DNA of 60,227 bases, filler included. It is 9 parts of 9 records of this genome, joined end to end, with 100 filler letters (N's around TTAATTAATTAA, not from the genome) between each part and the next. Parts side by side here need not be neighbours in the genome. Positions count along the whole stretch, not along the records: positions 1 to 5,260 come from SRR31147125_108738; positions 5,361 to 13,137 come from SRR31147125_108767; 7 more parts are not named here. One strand, given 5' to 3'. The first letter of the stretch is position 1, and each line of letters opens with the position of its first letter. Of this stretch, positions 1 through 9,589 are shown one piece after another. The translations under genes and the position numbers were made by a program. The notes beneath the pieces were generated by a model, which ran no database searches, was not told the DNA's origin, and was given only the letters and a program-made list of their open reading frames with translations.

Positions 1-67
1 GAAAAATCAAAATTACAGAGAAAAGGACTTATTTTCACACGCTCAACGCCGGAATCGCAACTGCGGA

Positions 68-1342
68 CTACCACGAAATTTTTACGCGGGTACCTTCTCC
101 CCGGCTGCTGTCGATGGTCAACTTCCAGCCGAATCGGTGACAAAGTCGGCTGACAATACTTAGCCCCAGACCAAATCCTTGGCTTTTGCTTCCTTTGATG
201 TGAGATTGGGTCACCAAATGGAGCGTTTCATTTTCAATTCCCGGTCCGGTGTCCTGAATTTCTATGAAGTCATTTCGAATGATAATGGTGACAGCTCCCT
301 TGACGGTGAAATAAAATGCATTTCGAATTAGGTTGGTGACAGTAATATAGAGAATTTCCTCTTTTACGTTGACGGATTTATCCGACTCGCCATCCACATG
401 AAGCACAATATCTTTTCCTTCAATGAGATACCGGCAATCCTCAATCGCCTTTTCAACCATTGGTTTCACCAGACAGTGCTCCTCCGGACCATCTTCTTCC
501 CTGGCCAGCCAGAGAAAGGTCTCTACGGTGGTTTCCATATCTTTAATTGACCGTGAAATCCGCGACAACGGTTTTTTCAGAAGCGGGTTATCGTCCAACT
601 CAGGTTGCTGCTCCATGATCTCCACCGCCCCTTTGATGATTGTGATCGGTGTTCTGAGCTCATGGCTGGCATCCCTCGTAAATTGCTTTTCCCGCTGAAT
701 GAAGTCCTTGATTCGATGCATTGTATTTTCAATGGTTTGTGCCAATATTCCGATTTCATTGGAGGACGTATTGCTTGAGAAACGGGCCGGTATGTTGTCC
801 GGATCCAGACGTCTGATCTGCTCCATGAGGGACTCCACCGGCGCATAGAGCATCTTTGAGATGAAATACCCGATGATGATTCCGGGAATCAAAAGCACGA
901 TCAGGGAAATCAATAAAAAATCATGGGGGTGGGCCATTGAATTGTCATCAAAGAATTCACGGCCGTGGAAAATCAAATAATATGGCTCTGTCGTATCAGG
1001 TAATTCTACCATTCCAACATGGATGGGGGGTCTGTCAGATCGGTGGCGAATCGAATGGACACCGGGGTTGAGATCTTTTATTGCCTCTCTGAATTTTCCC
1101 GGAACCCCTTTGATTCCCTTATACATGTTGATGTATTTGGAATGGGGCAGGGGGGTTGTATGATCCTTCTCGTATTTATAAACAAACGTAGCTACTTCCG
1201 TATCGATGAGGTTGTCGATCATTCGCGACATGCTTTTCCCCATAATATACATGAGGATGCCGGTATAAAGCGTCAGTAGCAAGGTGGCAAATAGAAGGGT
1301 GCCCACAACGATTCTAAAGCGGATGCTATGATAGAATTTCAT
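68..1342 (-). CDS. Two-component sensor histidine kinase (2 TM, HAMP, HisKA, HATPase)
   Basis: H-box FTRDASHELRTP, N-box NLIRNA, DTGPGI, GFGLGLSIV; start placed at MKFYHSIRF (ATG 1342), not the longer ORF start at 1489. Confidence 0.92.
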   Translation of the reverse strand: MKFYHSIRFRIVVGTLLFATLLLTLYTGILMYIMGKSMSRMIDNLIDTEVATFVYKYEKDHTTPLPHSKYINMYKGIKGVPGKFREAIKDLNPGVHSIRHRSDRPPIHVGMVELPDTTEPYYLIFHGREFFDDNSMAHPHDFLLISLIVLLIPGIIIGYFISKMLYAPVESLMEQIRRLDPDNIPARFSSNTSSNEIGILAQTIENTMHRIKDFIQREKQFTRDASHELRTPITIIKGAVEIMEQQPELDDNPLLKKPLSRISRSIKDMETTVETFLWLAREEDGPEEHCLVKPMVEKAIEDCRYLIEGKDIVLHVDGESDKSVNVKEEILYITVTNLIRNAFYFTVKGAVTIIIRNDFIEIQDTGPGIENETLHLVTQSHIKGSKSQGFGLGLSIVSRLCHRFGWKLTIDSSRGEGTRVKISW

Positions 1343-1469
1343 TGGATTTCCCTGTTGGAATTTTGTTCCGGAGCGGTTAGACGGTTGACTCTCTTGAAAC
1401 TGATTTTTTTTGGATGTCAGGTGATTTTCTGGAAATCGTTTTACCCCTTTAAAGGGGAATGCGTTGACA

Positions 1470-2144
1470 CTACCTGAGTCTGAAACCAATGCCGTGGACC
1501 GTCTCTATCATGGCATGGTCAAAAGGTTTGTCGATTTTTTTGCGGAGCCCATAGAGATGACTTCGCAATACGTCGCTTCCCGGCGGGGTATCCCCCCAGA
1601 GGTTGTGTTCCATCTCCTTTCTCGACACCACATTGGGGGATGCCTCCATCAGTTGCTTTAAAATGGTGATACAGGCATTGTTCAACTCAATCTGTTTGTC
1701 ACGTCGTGTCACTTCAAAGGTTCCCAAATCCATTTTCAGATCTCCCACCTGAAGCACTCTATTCACTGAAATGCGCCGTTTGGCAAGCGCTTTAATTCTG
1801 GCCTCCAGCTCTTTCAAGGCGTAAGGTTTGACCAGGTAGTCGTCAGCGCCTGATTCAAAGCCCAAAAGTTTGTCTTCCAGGGTATCCCGGGCTGTGAGCA
1901 TCAGCACCGGTACCTGTTTGTCCGCCTCTTGTCTCAATTTTTGACAGAGGGTGATCCCGTCCATGCCGGGCAGCATCAGATCCAGAACGATGACATCGTA
2001 ATCCTGCGTCAGTGCCAGATGAAGGCCGCCGATGCCGTCCATGGCAAAATCGAGGATATAGCCCTTTGGTTCCAGAAAGTCGGTGATGTTCTCCACAATG
2101 GCCGGATTATCTTCCACGATGAGTAATCGGATGTTGGTTTTCAT
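1470..2144 (-). CDS. OmpR/PhoB-family response regulator
   Basis: REC (LLIVED, VLDLMLPGMDG, GADDYLVKP) plus winged helix ending IETVHGIGFRL; start at MKTNIRLL. Confidence 0.93.
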   Translation of the reverse strand: MKTNIRLLIVEDNPAIVENITDFLEPKGYILDFAMDGIGGLHLALTQDYDVIVLDLMLPGMDGITLCQKLRQEADKQVPVLMLTARDTLEDKLLGFESGADDYLVKPYALKELEARIKALAKRRISVNRVLQVGDLKMDLGTFEVTRRDKQIELNNACITILKQLMEASPNVVSRKEMEHNLWGDTPPGSDVLRSHLYGLRKKIDKPFDHAMIETVHGIGFRLR

Positions 2145-2209
2145 AAGTTGTTTCCACTCATCTATATCAAATCCCCTATTCTTTTGATCTATTTTAATAA
2201 AAGACCCAA

Positions 2210-3634
2210 TCACAAATTATAATTGCTGCCAGTATAGTAGGCATAGGACTCCATGGCAAGTTCAAGAGAGACTTTGGCAATGGCCAGCTCCCCCATGGCA
2301 CTGACCAGATTGTTCTGGGCTTCATTCAGCCGAACCAACGACGCCAGACCGGCGTTGTACTCTTTTTCCACCAGGTCGCGAGTGGTTTTCATGAGTGTTG
2401 TATTTTCCTCTTGAAGCGTCAGTTGCTGCCGGGTTGTCACAATATTTTGAGCCGCAGATCGGATATTGGATAGGGCCGTGATTTTAGCCTCTTTAAGATC
2501 GTTTTCCAGCTCTCTCTTATCAGACAGCGCTTTTCTCACTTTTGATTGCCTTGTTCCACCGGAAAAAAGATCGAAAGTGACATTGAGTCCCAGTGTCGCC
2601 CCCATGTCGTCGGTGTCCAACAGTGTGTCGCCGGATGAGCTGCCGTAGCTGCCGGTCAAAGAGATGGTGGGTAAATAGTCGGCCTTGGCCATATGGACCT
2701 CCGCCTCACTGTTTTCCACGGAAAGCGTTGCATGACGAATGTCCGGGCGCTGATCAATGAGCGATTCATCGATCCGACCCACCACCGGGTCCACTGGATC
2801 GAGAGGGCGATCGTCATCTTTTTGATACTCCTCTGACGTCCCCAAATCCAGAGGGGCGATGGTCATTCCATCGGGAAGACGCCCCTCTTCGGCACCCATC
2901 AGTGCCGCCAATCCGAAAACGGCTTCAGCAAAATCCTGTTTGGCGCTCAACAGCGTTGACTTTGCTGTATTGACCTTGGTTCTGAAGTTCAAAACATCGC
3001 TGTAGGAACCGGTTCCGACCTTCTCTTTTGCGACGGCTTCACGTTCCTGTTTCCGGTTGAACTCCATGTCCGATCGGGCGATGGTCATATTTTCTCTTGC
3101 CAACTGAATGTTGAGGTAGGTTTGCGCCACTGACCATCCAAGCAATCGTTGACTTTCATCTCTTGCGGCGTTACTCATCTCTTCACCATATCGGGCGGAA
3201 AGCGCCGCATATTTTCGATAAAACCCGTCGAACAGCACCTGAGTGGCGGAGATTCTACCATTATATTGCGTGTCATCACTGTCTGAAGCGATGCCGTTTT
3301 GACCGTCGTCGGTATCTTCGGTGTAGTCCCAACCGGCGGTTGCGGAAATGGTGGGAAGATAGGCGGCTTCGGCCTGAACCACGGCCTCCTTTGCCTGCTT
3401 GATCCGTTCCATGGCAGAGGCAATGCCGGGACTGTTTTCAAGGGCGATTTGTTTGGCTGCATTAAGAGTCAAAACCTGATTGAAAGCGTTGTTTTTTGGG
3501 GGATTGACATCTTGATTCGCAAATGTGAGACCACTCGACATTGAGAGGTAAATCACAAATGACAAGACGAGCATTTTTACCGGTTTGAAATGGTTGAGAA
3601 AACTCATATTGTTCATCATGGGTATGGTATTCAT
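2210..3634 (-). CDS. TolC-family outer membrane factor
   Basis: Signal peptide, two OEP repeats (AAYLPTIS, ADYLPTISL), adjacent to RND gene. Confidence 0.9.
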   Translation of the reverse strand: MNTIPMMNNMSFLNHFKPVKMLVLSFVIYLSMSSGLTFANQDVNPPKNNAFNQVLTLNAAKQIALENSPGIASAMERIKQAKEAVVQAEAAYLPTISATAGWDYTEDTDDGQNGIASDSDDTQYNGRISATQVLFDGFYRKYAALSARYGEEMSNAARDESQRLLGWSVAQTYLNIQLARENMTIARSDMEFNRKQEREAVAKEKVGTGSYSDVLNFRTKVNTAKSTLLSAKQDFAEAVFGLAALMGAEEGRLPDGMTIAPLDLGTSEEYQKDDDRPLDPVDPVVGRIDESLIDQRPDIRHATLSVENSEAEVHMAKADYLPTISLTGSYGSSSGDTLLDTDDMGATLGLNVTFDLFSGGTRQSKVRKALSDKRELENDLKEAKITALSNIRSAAQNIVTTRQQLTLQEENTTLMKTTRDLVEKEYNAGLASLVRLNEAQNNLVSAMGELAIAKVSLELAMESYAYYTGSNYNL

Positions 3635-3641
3635 GAGAGTA

Positions 3642-5260
3642 TTAAACTCCTTCGGTCATATGTTTCAATTTCGTTTCCGTGCGGGCAAATGCCGGTTCCA
3701 ATTCGCATCTGATGATCTCACGCCGGCCCGCCATCCATGCCAGACCGTATCTGAAATCATTGATGATGGTATAAAGACAAGGCAGCAGTATCAAAGTGAG
3801 AATTGTGGCAAACGCCACTCCGAATGCCAATGAAATCCCCATGGGAATCAACTGCCGGGCATGCTGACTGGTTTCAAGAATCAGTGGCGTCAGTCCGCCG
3901 ATGGTGCTGATGGAGGTGAGCATCACCGCTCGAAATCGACGAACACCGCCCTGAAACAGCGCTTCGAAAAAGGGCATGCCGTCCTCCAGATTCATGTTGA
4001 CCCGCTCGATGAGAACAATGGCATCGTTGACCACCACTCCGGTCAGAGCCACCATGCCGAATACCGACAACAATGAGAGCATATGCCCCATGACAAAGTG
4101 CCCCAGCACCGCTCCGACCAGTCCGAAGGGAATGGTACAGAGCACCAGCATGGGCTGGATGTATGATCGGAACATGGTGGCGATGATGGCGAACATCCCC
4201 ACAATGGATATGGGGATCCAGATAAAGAGGCTGCCGAAAGATTCGGATTGGCGTTTGGCATCCCCTTCCAGGACGATGCGGATATCAGGATATTGAGATT
4301 CAAGTGCCCTGAACAGACCGCCTTGCAAAGGCCTCAGCACCTCTCCGGCAACCACCTTTGCCGTATTGACCTTGGCAGATACTTTTACCTGTCGGTATCC
4401 ATCCTTTCGCGTAATGGTGGAATATCCCGGCGCGTAACTCATGTCGGCCACCGTCGACAGGGGAACCCATTGATCGTTGTCGGTTTTGATCTTGTAATCC
4501 CGGATGCTGGATCGGCTTTTTCGCTCCTGCTCCGTCAGACGGACATTGACCTCCACTTCGTCATTACCCCGCTGAATTTTAACCGCCTCCTTGCCGTAGA
4601 AAGCGCTGTACACCTGGGACGCCAGATCCGAAAGCGTTACACCAAGATATTCCGCCTCATCTTTGAGTGTGAATTTGAGTTCGTTCTTTCCCGGTGCATC
4701 GTCCGAATAGACCTGAGAAACCCCGTCAACGGTTTTCAGACGGGTCATGATCCCATCGGCAGCCGCTGTAATGTGATCCAGGTTTTCTCCCTGGATGCAG
4801 ATCTCGATGGGCGCACCCGGAGGGCCGCTGTTTGAGGCGCTGAAATCTAATGATTGCGTGCCTGAAATCGATCCGGTCGCTTTCTCCCATGCAGACACGA
4901 AATCATCGGAATGGACATGACTCTCCTCCGGGTCCAGCATGGTGACGCGAACACCACCGATGTTTGTCGAAGCCGATTTCTGATGTCCGGCGGTCTCCCC
5001 CGCGCTTTGGCCGATGGTGGCAAGGGTTGAGGTGACAAGGGACCGGTCCGATACATTGTCAACGGATTCAGCAGCGATCAGTGCCGCCGCTTCCAACTGT
5101 TCAACAGCATTTTCGGTCACACTGAAGGGCGTTCCTTCCGGAAACTCCACTGACGCCGTCACAATATTGGATGCTTGTTTGGGAAAGACGTTGAATTTAA
5201 TGACACCGCCCATCACAAGTCCTGAGCATAACATCAATCCTGCAATGCAAAGGCTCAAAA
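3642..5260 (-). CDS. RND (AcrB/AcrD/AcrF family) transporter, C-terminal half; 5' cut by contig end
   Basis: GVVVNDAIVL, RRFRAVMLTSISTIGGLTPL, terminal TM bundle. Confidence 0.92.
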
Positions 5261-5360
5261 NNNNNNNNNNNNNNNNNNNNNNNNNNNNNNNNNNNNNNNN
5301 NNNNTTAATTAATTAANNNNNNNNNNNNNNNNNNNNNNNNNNNNNNNNNNNNNNNNNNNN
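5261..5360. other. Artificial contig spacer
   Basis: N run with TTAATTAATTAA, 100 bp. Confidence 0.99.
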
Positions 5361-5436
5361 ATAGAACTGGCTTGCACAAATCGGACAAAGGCACAGCGTC
5401 ATCTCCTCAGGCCGCTCAGGTTCATCCCGAAAGGCA
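5361..5436 (-). pseudogene. Fragment of Cys-rich hypothetical protein resembling Firmicute ICE accessory genes
   Basis: EEMTLCLCPICASQFY at contig edge; resemblance recalled, not searched. Confidence 0.35.
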
Positions 5437-5553
5437 TCAGACAAGATAGCCGTTGACCTCCAAGAAACGCAGGGCGATGAAGCGGTTGAACCATGTGTAA
5501 GCCACTTCTTCCATGACCTGTTCGTAGCCATCATCCTTAATCTTTGTAATCAA
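5437..5553 (-). pseudogene. pglX: Internal fragment of BREX PglX-type adenine methyltransferase N-terminal region
   Basis: Unlisted frame reads [38 protein letters not shown], the [20 protein letters not shown] signature of PglX. Confidence 0.8.
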
Positions 5554-5797
5554 AGGCCCAAATGAACTGTTCTGCTGTCATGCCGTGGTAAGTGATAAAC
5601 CCCATGGTCGCAAATGGAGCCGCACCGAGTATGCACATCCAGGACACCGCTTCCATGCCGACAACCGGCTTCAGCAGCAAGTATAGTACCACTGCAATTG
5701 CTACAGCCAAGATCGAAAAAATGAACTGTCGCATAGACAGTCCAAAGAACATCGACTCGGTGTAGTTCCGAATCTCTCTGTTGATTTTTACTTCCAA
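5537..5797 (-). pseudogene. prgI: PrgI-family conjugation protein, apparently C-terminally truncated
   Basis: EVKINREIRNYTESMFFGLSMRQFIFS...[15 protein letters not shown] start after AGGAGG; ends where the PglX fragment begins. Confidence 0.82.
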
Positions 5798-5818
5798 TTT
5801 ATATCCTCCTGACATAGC

Positions 5819-5846
5819 AAAAGCGCCACGCGAAAGCGTGACGCCT
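5819..5846 (-). terminator. Hairpin / weak terminator upstream of prgI
   Basis: Minus strand GGCGTCACGC-TTTC-GCGTGGCGC then TTTT. Confidence 0.4.
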
Positions 5847-5870
5847 CTGAAAACTTAATTAATGAAAGTT

Positions 5871-6005
5871 TTACCGTTCTAAGCTCTGCGTAGACGGCGA
5901 TATATTTTCCCTCGTCAGCGTATCTGGGTTAATGATCATAATGTCCAGCCCTTTGCCTATCGCATAATCTACGGTGTATTTTGTACCACCCTTTGAACCG
6001 TTGTA
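5871..6005 (-). pseudogene. C-terminal fragment of YspA/DUF1273 (SLOG) protein
   Basis: Unlisted frame reads YNGSKGGTKYTVDYAIGKGLDIMIINPD...ER*, with the SLOG GGT..T..YA motif. Confidence 0.68.
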
Positions 6006-6081
6006 CCATTTTATTCAGTATTTTAAGTACAAATAAGATCGTATCATGCTCATGTCTCAAAATTTGCGTTACCTCTCCCAT
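6006..6081 (-). pseudogene. N-terminal fragment of hemerythrin-domain protein
   Basis: MGEVTQILRHEHDTILFVLKIL with GGAGG RBS; L..EH..I motif; joined out of frame to the SLOG fragment. Confidence 0.62.
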
Positions 6082-6190
6082 GGAAAAGAACCTCCAGTAA
6101 AATATTTCGTCACACATGGATTTGACTAGTCATATTATTTTGTTGCACTGTTCAAATCGAATTCTGATATTTTCATGGGTAGGCCAATGC

Positions 6191-6856
6191 TTATATCCCT
6201 TTTATCCTCACAGATTCGTCCAGTGATTTTCGTGAAGATGCGAAATGATTGCGAGGATCATCCGGCTTCTCGTAGCCAATGGCAATGCCGAGAACAATAT
6301 TAAAGCAATCCGGGATTGCGAGTTCTTTACGGATAAGTTCGGGATAAACTACTAGCATGGCTGCTTGCATTGTGTTTAACCCATAATGCTGTGCTGCCAG
6401 CATGAGACTTTGAGAATAGAGACCCAAGTCGTAGAACGACCAATTACTCAGTTCTTTGTGAAGGCACAGAAAAATAACAGCGGGAGCATCGAAACAATTC
6501 AGGTTATTTTCAATGTTTTCTGTTCTTTTTGCTTTAGCATCTCGGTCAATACCAAGATGCTCCAAATGGGCCGCACCAGTTGATTCGATATGTGTTTTAT
6601 ATGGTTCCGGCCATACCTTAACCATAGGAATATCAGGGTGTACTTTCACACCGGCACGAAACTCTTCCAAAAAGCCTGTTCGGAGTTTGTCCAGCGAATT
6701 GCCAGCGGCGACAAAAACCTCCCATGGTTGGCTATTTGCGTATGAAGGTGATTTGTTCGCCGCATCTAGAACCTTAAGTAGTAGCTCTTTTTCTACAGGT
6801 TTCTGCATAAAGGCGCGGGAACTGTGCCGTGACTGCAATGTATCAATAACATTCAT
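6191..6856 (-). CDS. Nitroreductase family protein
   Basis: SRHSSRAF, SPSYANSQPW, AIGY; start MNVIDTL after GGAGG. Confidence 0.92.
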   Translation of the reverse strand: MNVIDTLQSRHSSRAFMQKPVEKELLLKVLDAANKSPSYANSQPWEVFVAAGNSLDKLRTGFLEEFRAGVKVHPDIPMVKVWPEPYKTHIESTGAAHLEHLGIDRDAKAKRTENIENNLNCFDAPAVIFLCLHKELSNWSFYDLGLYSQSLMLAAQHYGLNTMQAAMLVVYPELIRKELAIPDCFNIVLGIAIGYEKPDDPRNHFASSRKSLDESVRIKGI

Positions 6857-6921
6857 TTCTATTCCTCCCCCATGGTTTATCCTCAAATGAGGCTTCGGGT
6901 TACTATACTCTCATTAACCCA

Positions 6922-6942
6922 CGTATAAGAAATCCTTATACG
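6922..6942. promoter_or_regulatory. Palindromic candidate operator upstream of nitroreductase
   Basis: CGTATAAG-N5-CTTATACG perfect 8-bp inverted repeat. Confidence 0.45.
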
Positions 6943-6948
6943 GCTTTG

Positions 6949-7557
6949 TTACTGAATTGTACGCCGTTCTGTCATGATCATATCCACAGGAACATCGTAA
7001 TCCAAGATTGGGATATGATCACGCACTTGAAAATCAAAGCATATGGCAACCTTTTGACAGTCCGACCGCAGATGTTTAAACATCGCATCATGAAAGCCTC
7101 CGCCATAGCCCAGTCTATTCTTCTGCACATCAAAGGCTAGCCCAGGGGTGACGAAAAAGTCTATTTCGGCCGGATCAACGAATCGTAGCCGTTCCGCCTT
7201 TGGTTCCAGGATGCCCATCGTACCACTCGCCAAATCTTCTTCAAAATCGAGAAGATGAGAGGCTTTCATAACCTTTGCACCATTTTCCTCTTTATAGATA
7301 ACCGGTACCAGTACGCGTTTTCCTAAACCGAGTGCATGCTTGATGATCAGTCTGGATTGGACTTCTTTTTTAAAGTCAACAAAACACATAATTGTTTTGC
7401 TTTCATTATACGCATCGAGATTGATGAGCTTATCGATAATTGTATTACTATCGAGTATGATCTTTTCTTCAGGGACACAGACTCGAGTGCGAAGAATCTC
7501 GGAACGTAGCGTCTTTTTCTCATCTAATATTTTGTCCACATTGTACCTCTCTATCAT
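6949..7557 (-). CDS. 5-formyltetrahydrofolate cyclo-ligase
   Basis: KKTLRSEI, GILEP, VTPGLAFD, RLGYGGGFHD, DVPVD. Confidence 0.93.
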   Translation of the reverse strand: MIERYNVDKILDEKKTLRSEILRTRVCVPEEKIILDSNTIIDKLINLDAYNESKTIMCFVDFKKEVQSRLIIKHALGLGKRVLVPVIYKEENGAKVMKASHLLDFEEDLASGTMGILEPKAERLRFVDPAEIDFFVTPGLAFDVQKNRLGYGGGFHDAMFKHLRSDCQKVAICFDFQVRDHIPILDYDVPVDMIMTERRTIQ

Positions 7558-7595
7558 TCATCAACCCTTGCAATACGCTTAAGATGCCTATCACA

Positions 7596-7638
7596 ATTTT
7601 ACATTAAAACAACGATAGGTCTGTTGTAATTCCAACAT
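7596..7638 (-). promoter_or_regulatory. Crp/Fnr-type site plus -10 element (class II activator geometry)
   Basis: CTGTTG-TAATTC-CAACAT at 7621-7638; minus-strand TAAAAT at 7601-7596, 28.5 bp from site centre. Confidence 0.55.
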
Positions 7639-7646
7639 CACCATAA

Positions 7647-7682
7647 AAATAGCATCTGAATTATCCAATTCAGATGCTATTT
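7647..7682 (-). terminator. Rho-independent terminator after DUF1858-DUF438
   Basis: AAATAGCATCTGAATT-ATCC-AATTCAGATGCTATTT, T-rich at the minus-strand 3' end. Confidence 0.75.
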
Positions 7683-7747
7683 CACGTTTTATTATCGACT
7701 TTGAACGACGATGATTTTCATAATATCCACTCATTATGCTCTGCTTA

Positions 7748-8971
7748 TTATTCAGACATCAGTCGCTTTTCTCCGGTTATATCCTGAATAGGCTTGATGT
7801 CCTGTGTGGTTTCCATGATGCCAAGGAATTCACCTTTTTCATTCCTCACCGCAAAGTAACGGATATAGACGTATTTGTCGCCCATTTTGATCCAGAAATC
7901 CTCATGATCTTTTTTCCCGAGTTTTAAATCCTCAGCGATTTGCTCCACGATGTGCACGCTAGCAGGGGGATGGCAGTTAGCGACCTGTCTGCCGATGATC
8001 GATGCCGGTCGCGCAAAAATCCGATCCTTTGTCTGTGAGAAGTATTTGACAGAACCGTCTTTGTCGACGAAGGTGAGATCAATAGGAAGCGTATTGAATA
8101 TGCCTTTTATTTCTTCGAGGGTTAGGAGCCCCGGCTCAAACCGGAGGTAGCCACTGTCAGTTGGCTTTTCACCCTGCTCCTGCATTTTCTCCTCGACATT
8201 CACATTTGTAGGTTTCCATAACTTGCTGGGCTGAATAAAGCTAAAACCGATTTCCGCACTGTCATCATGGATCTGGAGCCATTCTGACTCTGTGAGTGTC
8301 TCAAGGGCCATGGGGAACAAGATGTTTTCTTCCTTAAAGATCATCTCGCTTGCTTTCGTTACGGCTTCCTCAGCCTTAACGACAATCTGATCAATGTCTT
8401 TGTCTGCCTTTATGAGCCTGAGTGTTTCCTTAACGGCAGCCCGGATCTCATCGTCGACACCCCACATAACCTTCGGTGGCGCTGTTATACCGTACTTTTC
8501 CAAATAAGGGAACAGAAGATTCTCTTTTCTGGCATAATGTTTATCGAGTAATAGGAGTTCTTCAATGGCTACGGCCAGTTCTGTGAGATTCTTATGGTTC
8601 CCTGACTTAGTCTTATCAATTAAAGGCTGGATTTTATCATTGATCCGTTTTTCTATCTCTTTGTTTTCCTGCTTAAACGTATAAATGGGATGACCAGGAG
8701 TATCCTCAGGCCTGTGCTCTCGGTGTATTTCTTCGATGGAACCCTTAAATACCGATGCGTGTACATCGCAGAGGTTTTGAATCTCTGAAACTGGCATACC
8801 TTCTTTTATCAATGCCTGCTCCATTTCGGCTATTTCAGCGGCGGATACATCTTGTATAAGCTCTTCAAACCGCGCCTTGACCTCATCTACGGTTTTGCCG
8901 CTATGCAGTTCCAGAATGATTTCCTTAAGAGCCTTCTGACGGTATTCTCTGTTATTAATATATTCGCTCAT
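7748..8971 (-). CDS. DUF438 + hemerythrin + PAS domain protein
   Basis: N-terminal CDVHASVFKGS, hemerythrin HYARKENLLFP / MIFKEENILFP, PAS IGRQVANCHPP. Confidence 0.9.
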   Translation of the reverse strand: MSEYINNREYRQKALKEIILELHSGKTVDEVKARFEELIQDVSAAEIAEMEQALIKEGMPVSEIQNLCDVHASVFKGSIEEIHREHRPEDTPGHPIYTFKQENKEIEKRINDKIQPLIDKTKSGNHKNLTELAVAIEELLLLDKHYARKENLLFPYLEKYGITAPPKVMWGVDDEIRAAVKETLRLIKADKDIDQIVVKAEEAVTKASEMIFKEENILFPMALETLTESEWLQIHDDSAEIGFSFIQPSKLWKPTNVNVEEKMQEQGEKPTDSGYLRFEPGLLTLEEIKGIFNTLPIDLTFVDKDGSVKYFSQTKDRIFARPASIIGRQVANCHPPASVHIVEQIAEDLKLGKKDHEDFWIKMGDKYVYIRYFAVRNEKGEFLGIMETTQDIKPIQDITGEKRLMSE

Positions 8972-8986
8972 AAAATCCTCCTGTGT

Positions 8987-9223
8987 TTATTCTTGTATTT
9001 TGTACCCTTTCGCTTCAAATGCGTTTTTGACTGCTTCAAGGCTGATCCCCTTCATCGCGGCCCCCTTCGGCAGCGTCATGAAGCGACCGGCAGTGTTCAT
9101 CATGCCTGATTTTGTTATGTCCACGAATCCAAGATCTTGCATAATTTCTTTTATTTCGGGATATTCCTGCGTCAGATTAAATATGCTCTTCTTTAAATCT
9201 ATAGTCTTTACCAAAGCATCCAA
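8987..9223 (-). CDS. DUF1858 domain protein
   Basis: IDLKKSIFNLTQEYPEIKEIMQDLGF...GRFMTLPKGAAMKGI; usual DUF438 neighbour; true start may be TTG 9214. Confidence 0.85.
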   Translation of the reverse strand: MDALVKTIDLKKSIFNLTQEYPEIKEIMQDLGFVDITKSGMMNTAGRFMTLPKGAAMKGISLEAVKNAFEAKGYKIQE

Positions 9224-9409
9224 CCTCCGATGTCATTAGCCTATTGTAGACCGTTTCTGTTTCTCGTTATACCTAATGAGAAATAGTAGATTGTTAGGGT
9301 TCATAATAATCTTGTTTAGCCCTGTGTTAAATAACGTAAAACAGCCGTCTATTTACCATCGTGAACATATCAACTCTCGTTTTGAAATGGCACAGTATCG
9401 TATGAACAT

Positions 9410-9479
9410 ATTTTACCATCATACGCCAGACGTCGCTGTTGTAAAAACAACAGAATTCTTCCAATGATCGCCATATAAT
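9410..9479. promoter_or_regulatory. Perfect Crp/Fnr-type palindrome between two divergent -10 boxes
   Basis: CTGTTG-TAAAAA-CAACAG at 9436-9453; plus-strand TATAAT 9474-9479; minus-strand TGgTAAAAT 9418-9410; both hexamers 29.5 bp from centre. Confidence 0.7.
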
Positions 9480-9589
9480 AAAACCAATAGAAAATAGGCT
9501 TTTCAGGTGTAGCCCACAAAGGTTGCATGCCAAAAAAGCTGAGAACCTCTAAGTGATTAAAAAGAATTTATAGTATAGGAAGTGTATTT

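Noticed and set aside
5361-5534. Listed 73-aa ORF as a real gene
   Set aside because: Its first part is an alternate frame of the PglX fragment and it runs into the N spacer.
6140-6157. Possible third Crp/Fnr-type site TTGTTG-N6-TCAAAT
   Set aside because: Poor right half-site and no -10 box at the expected distance.
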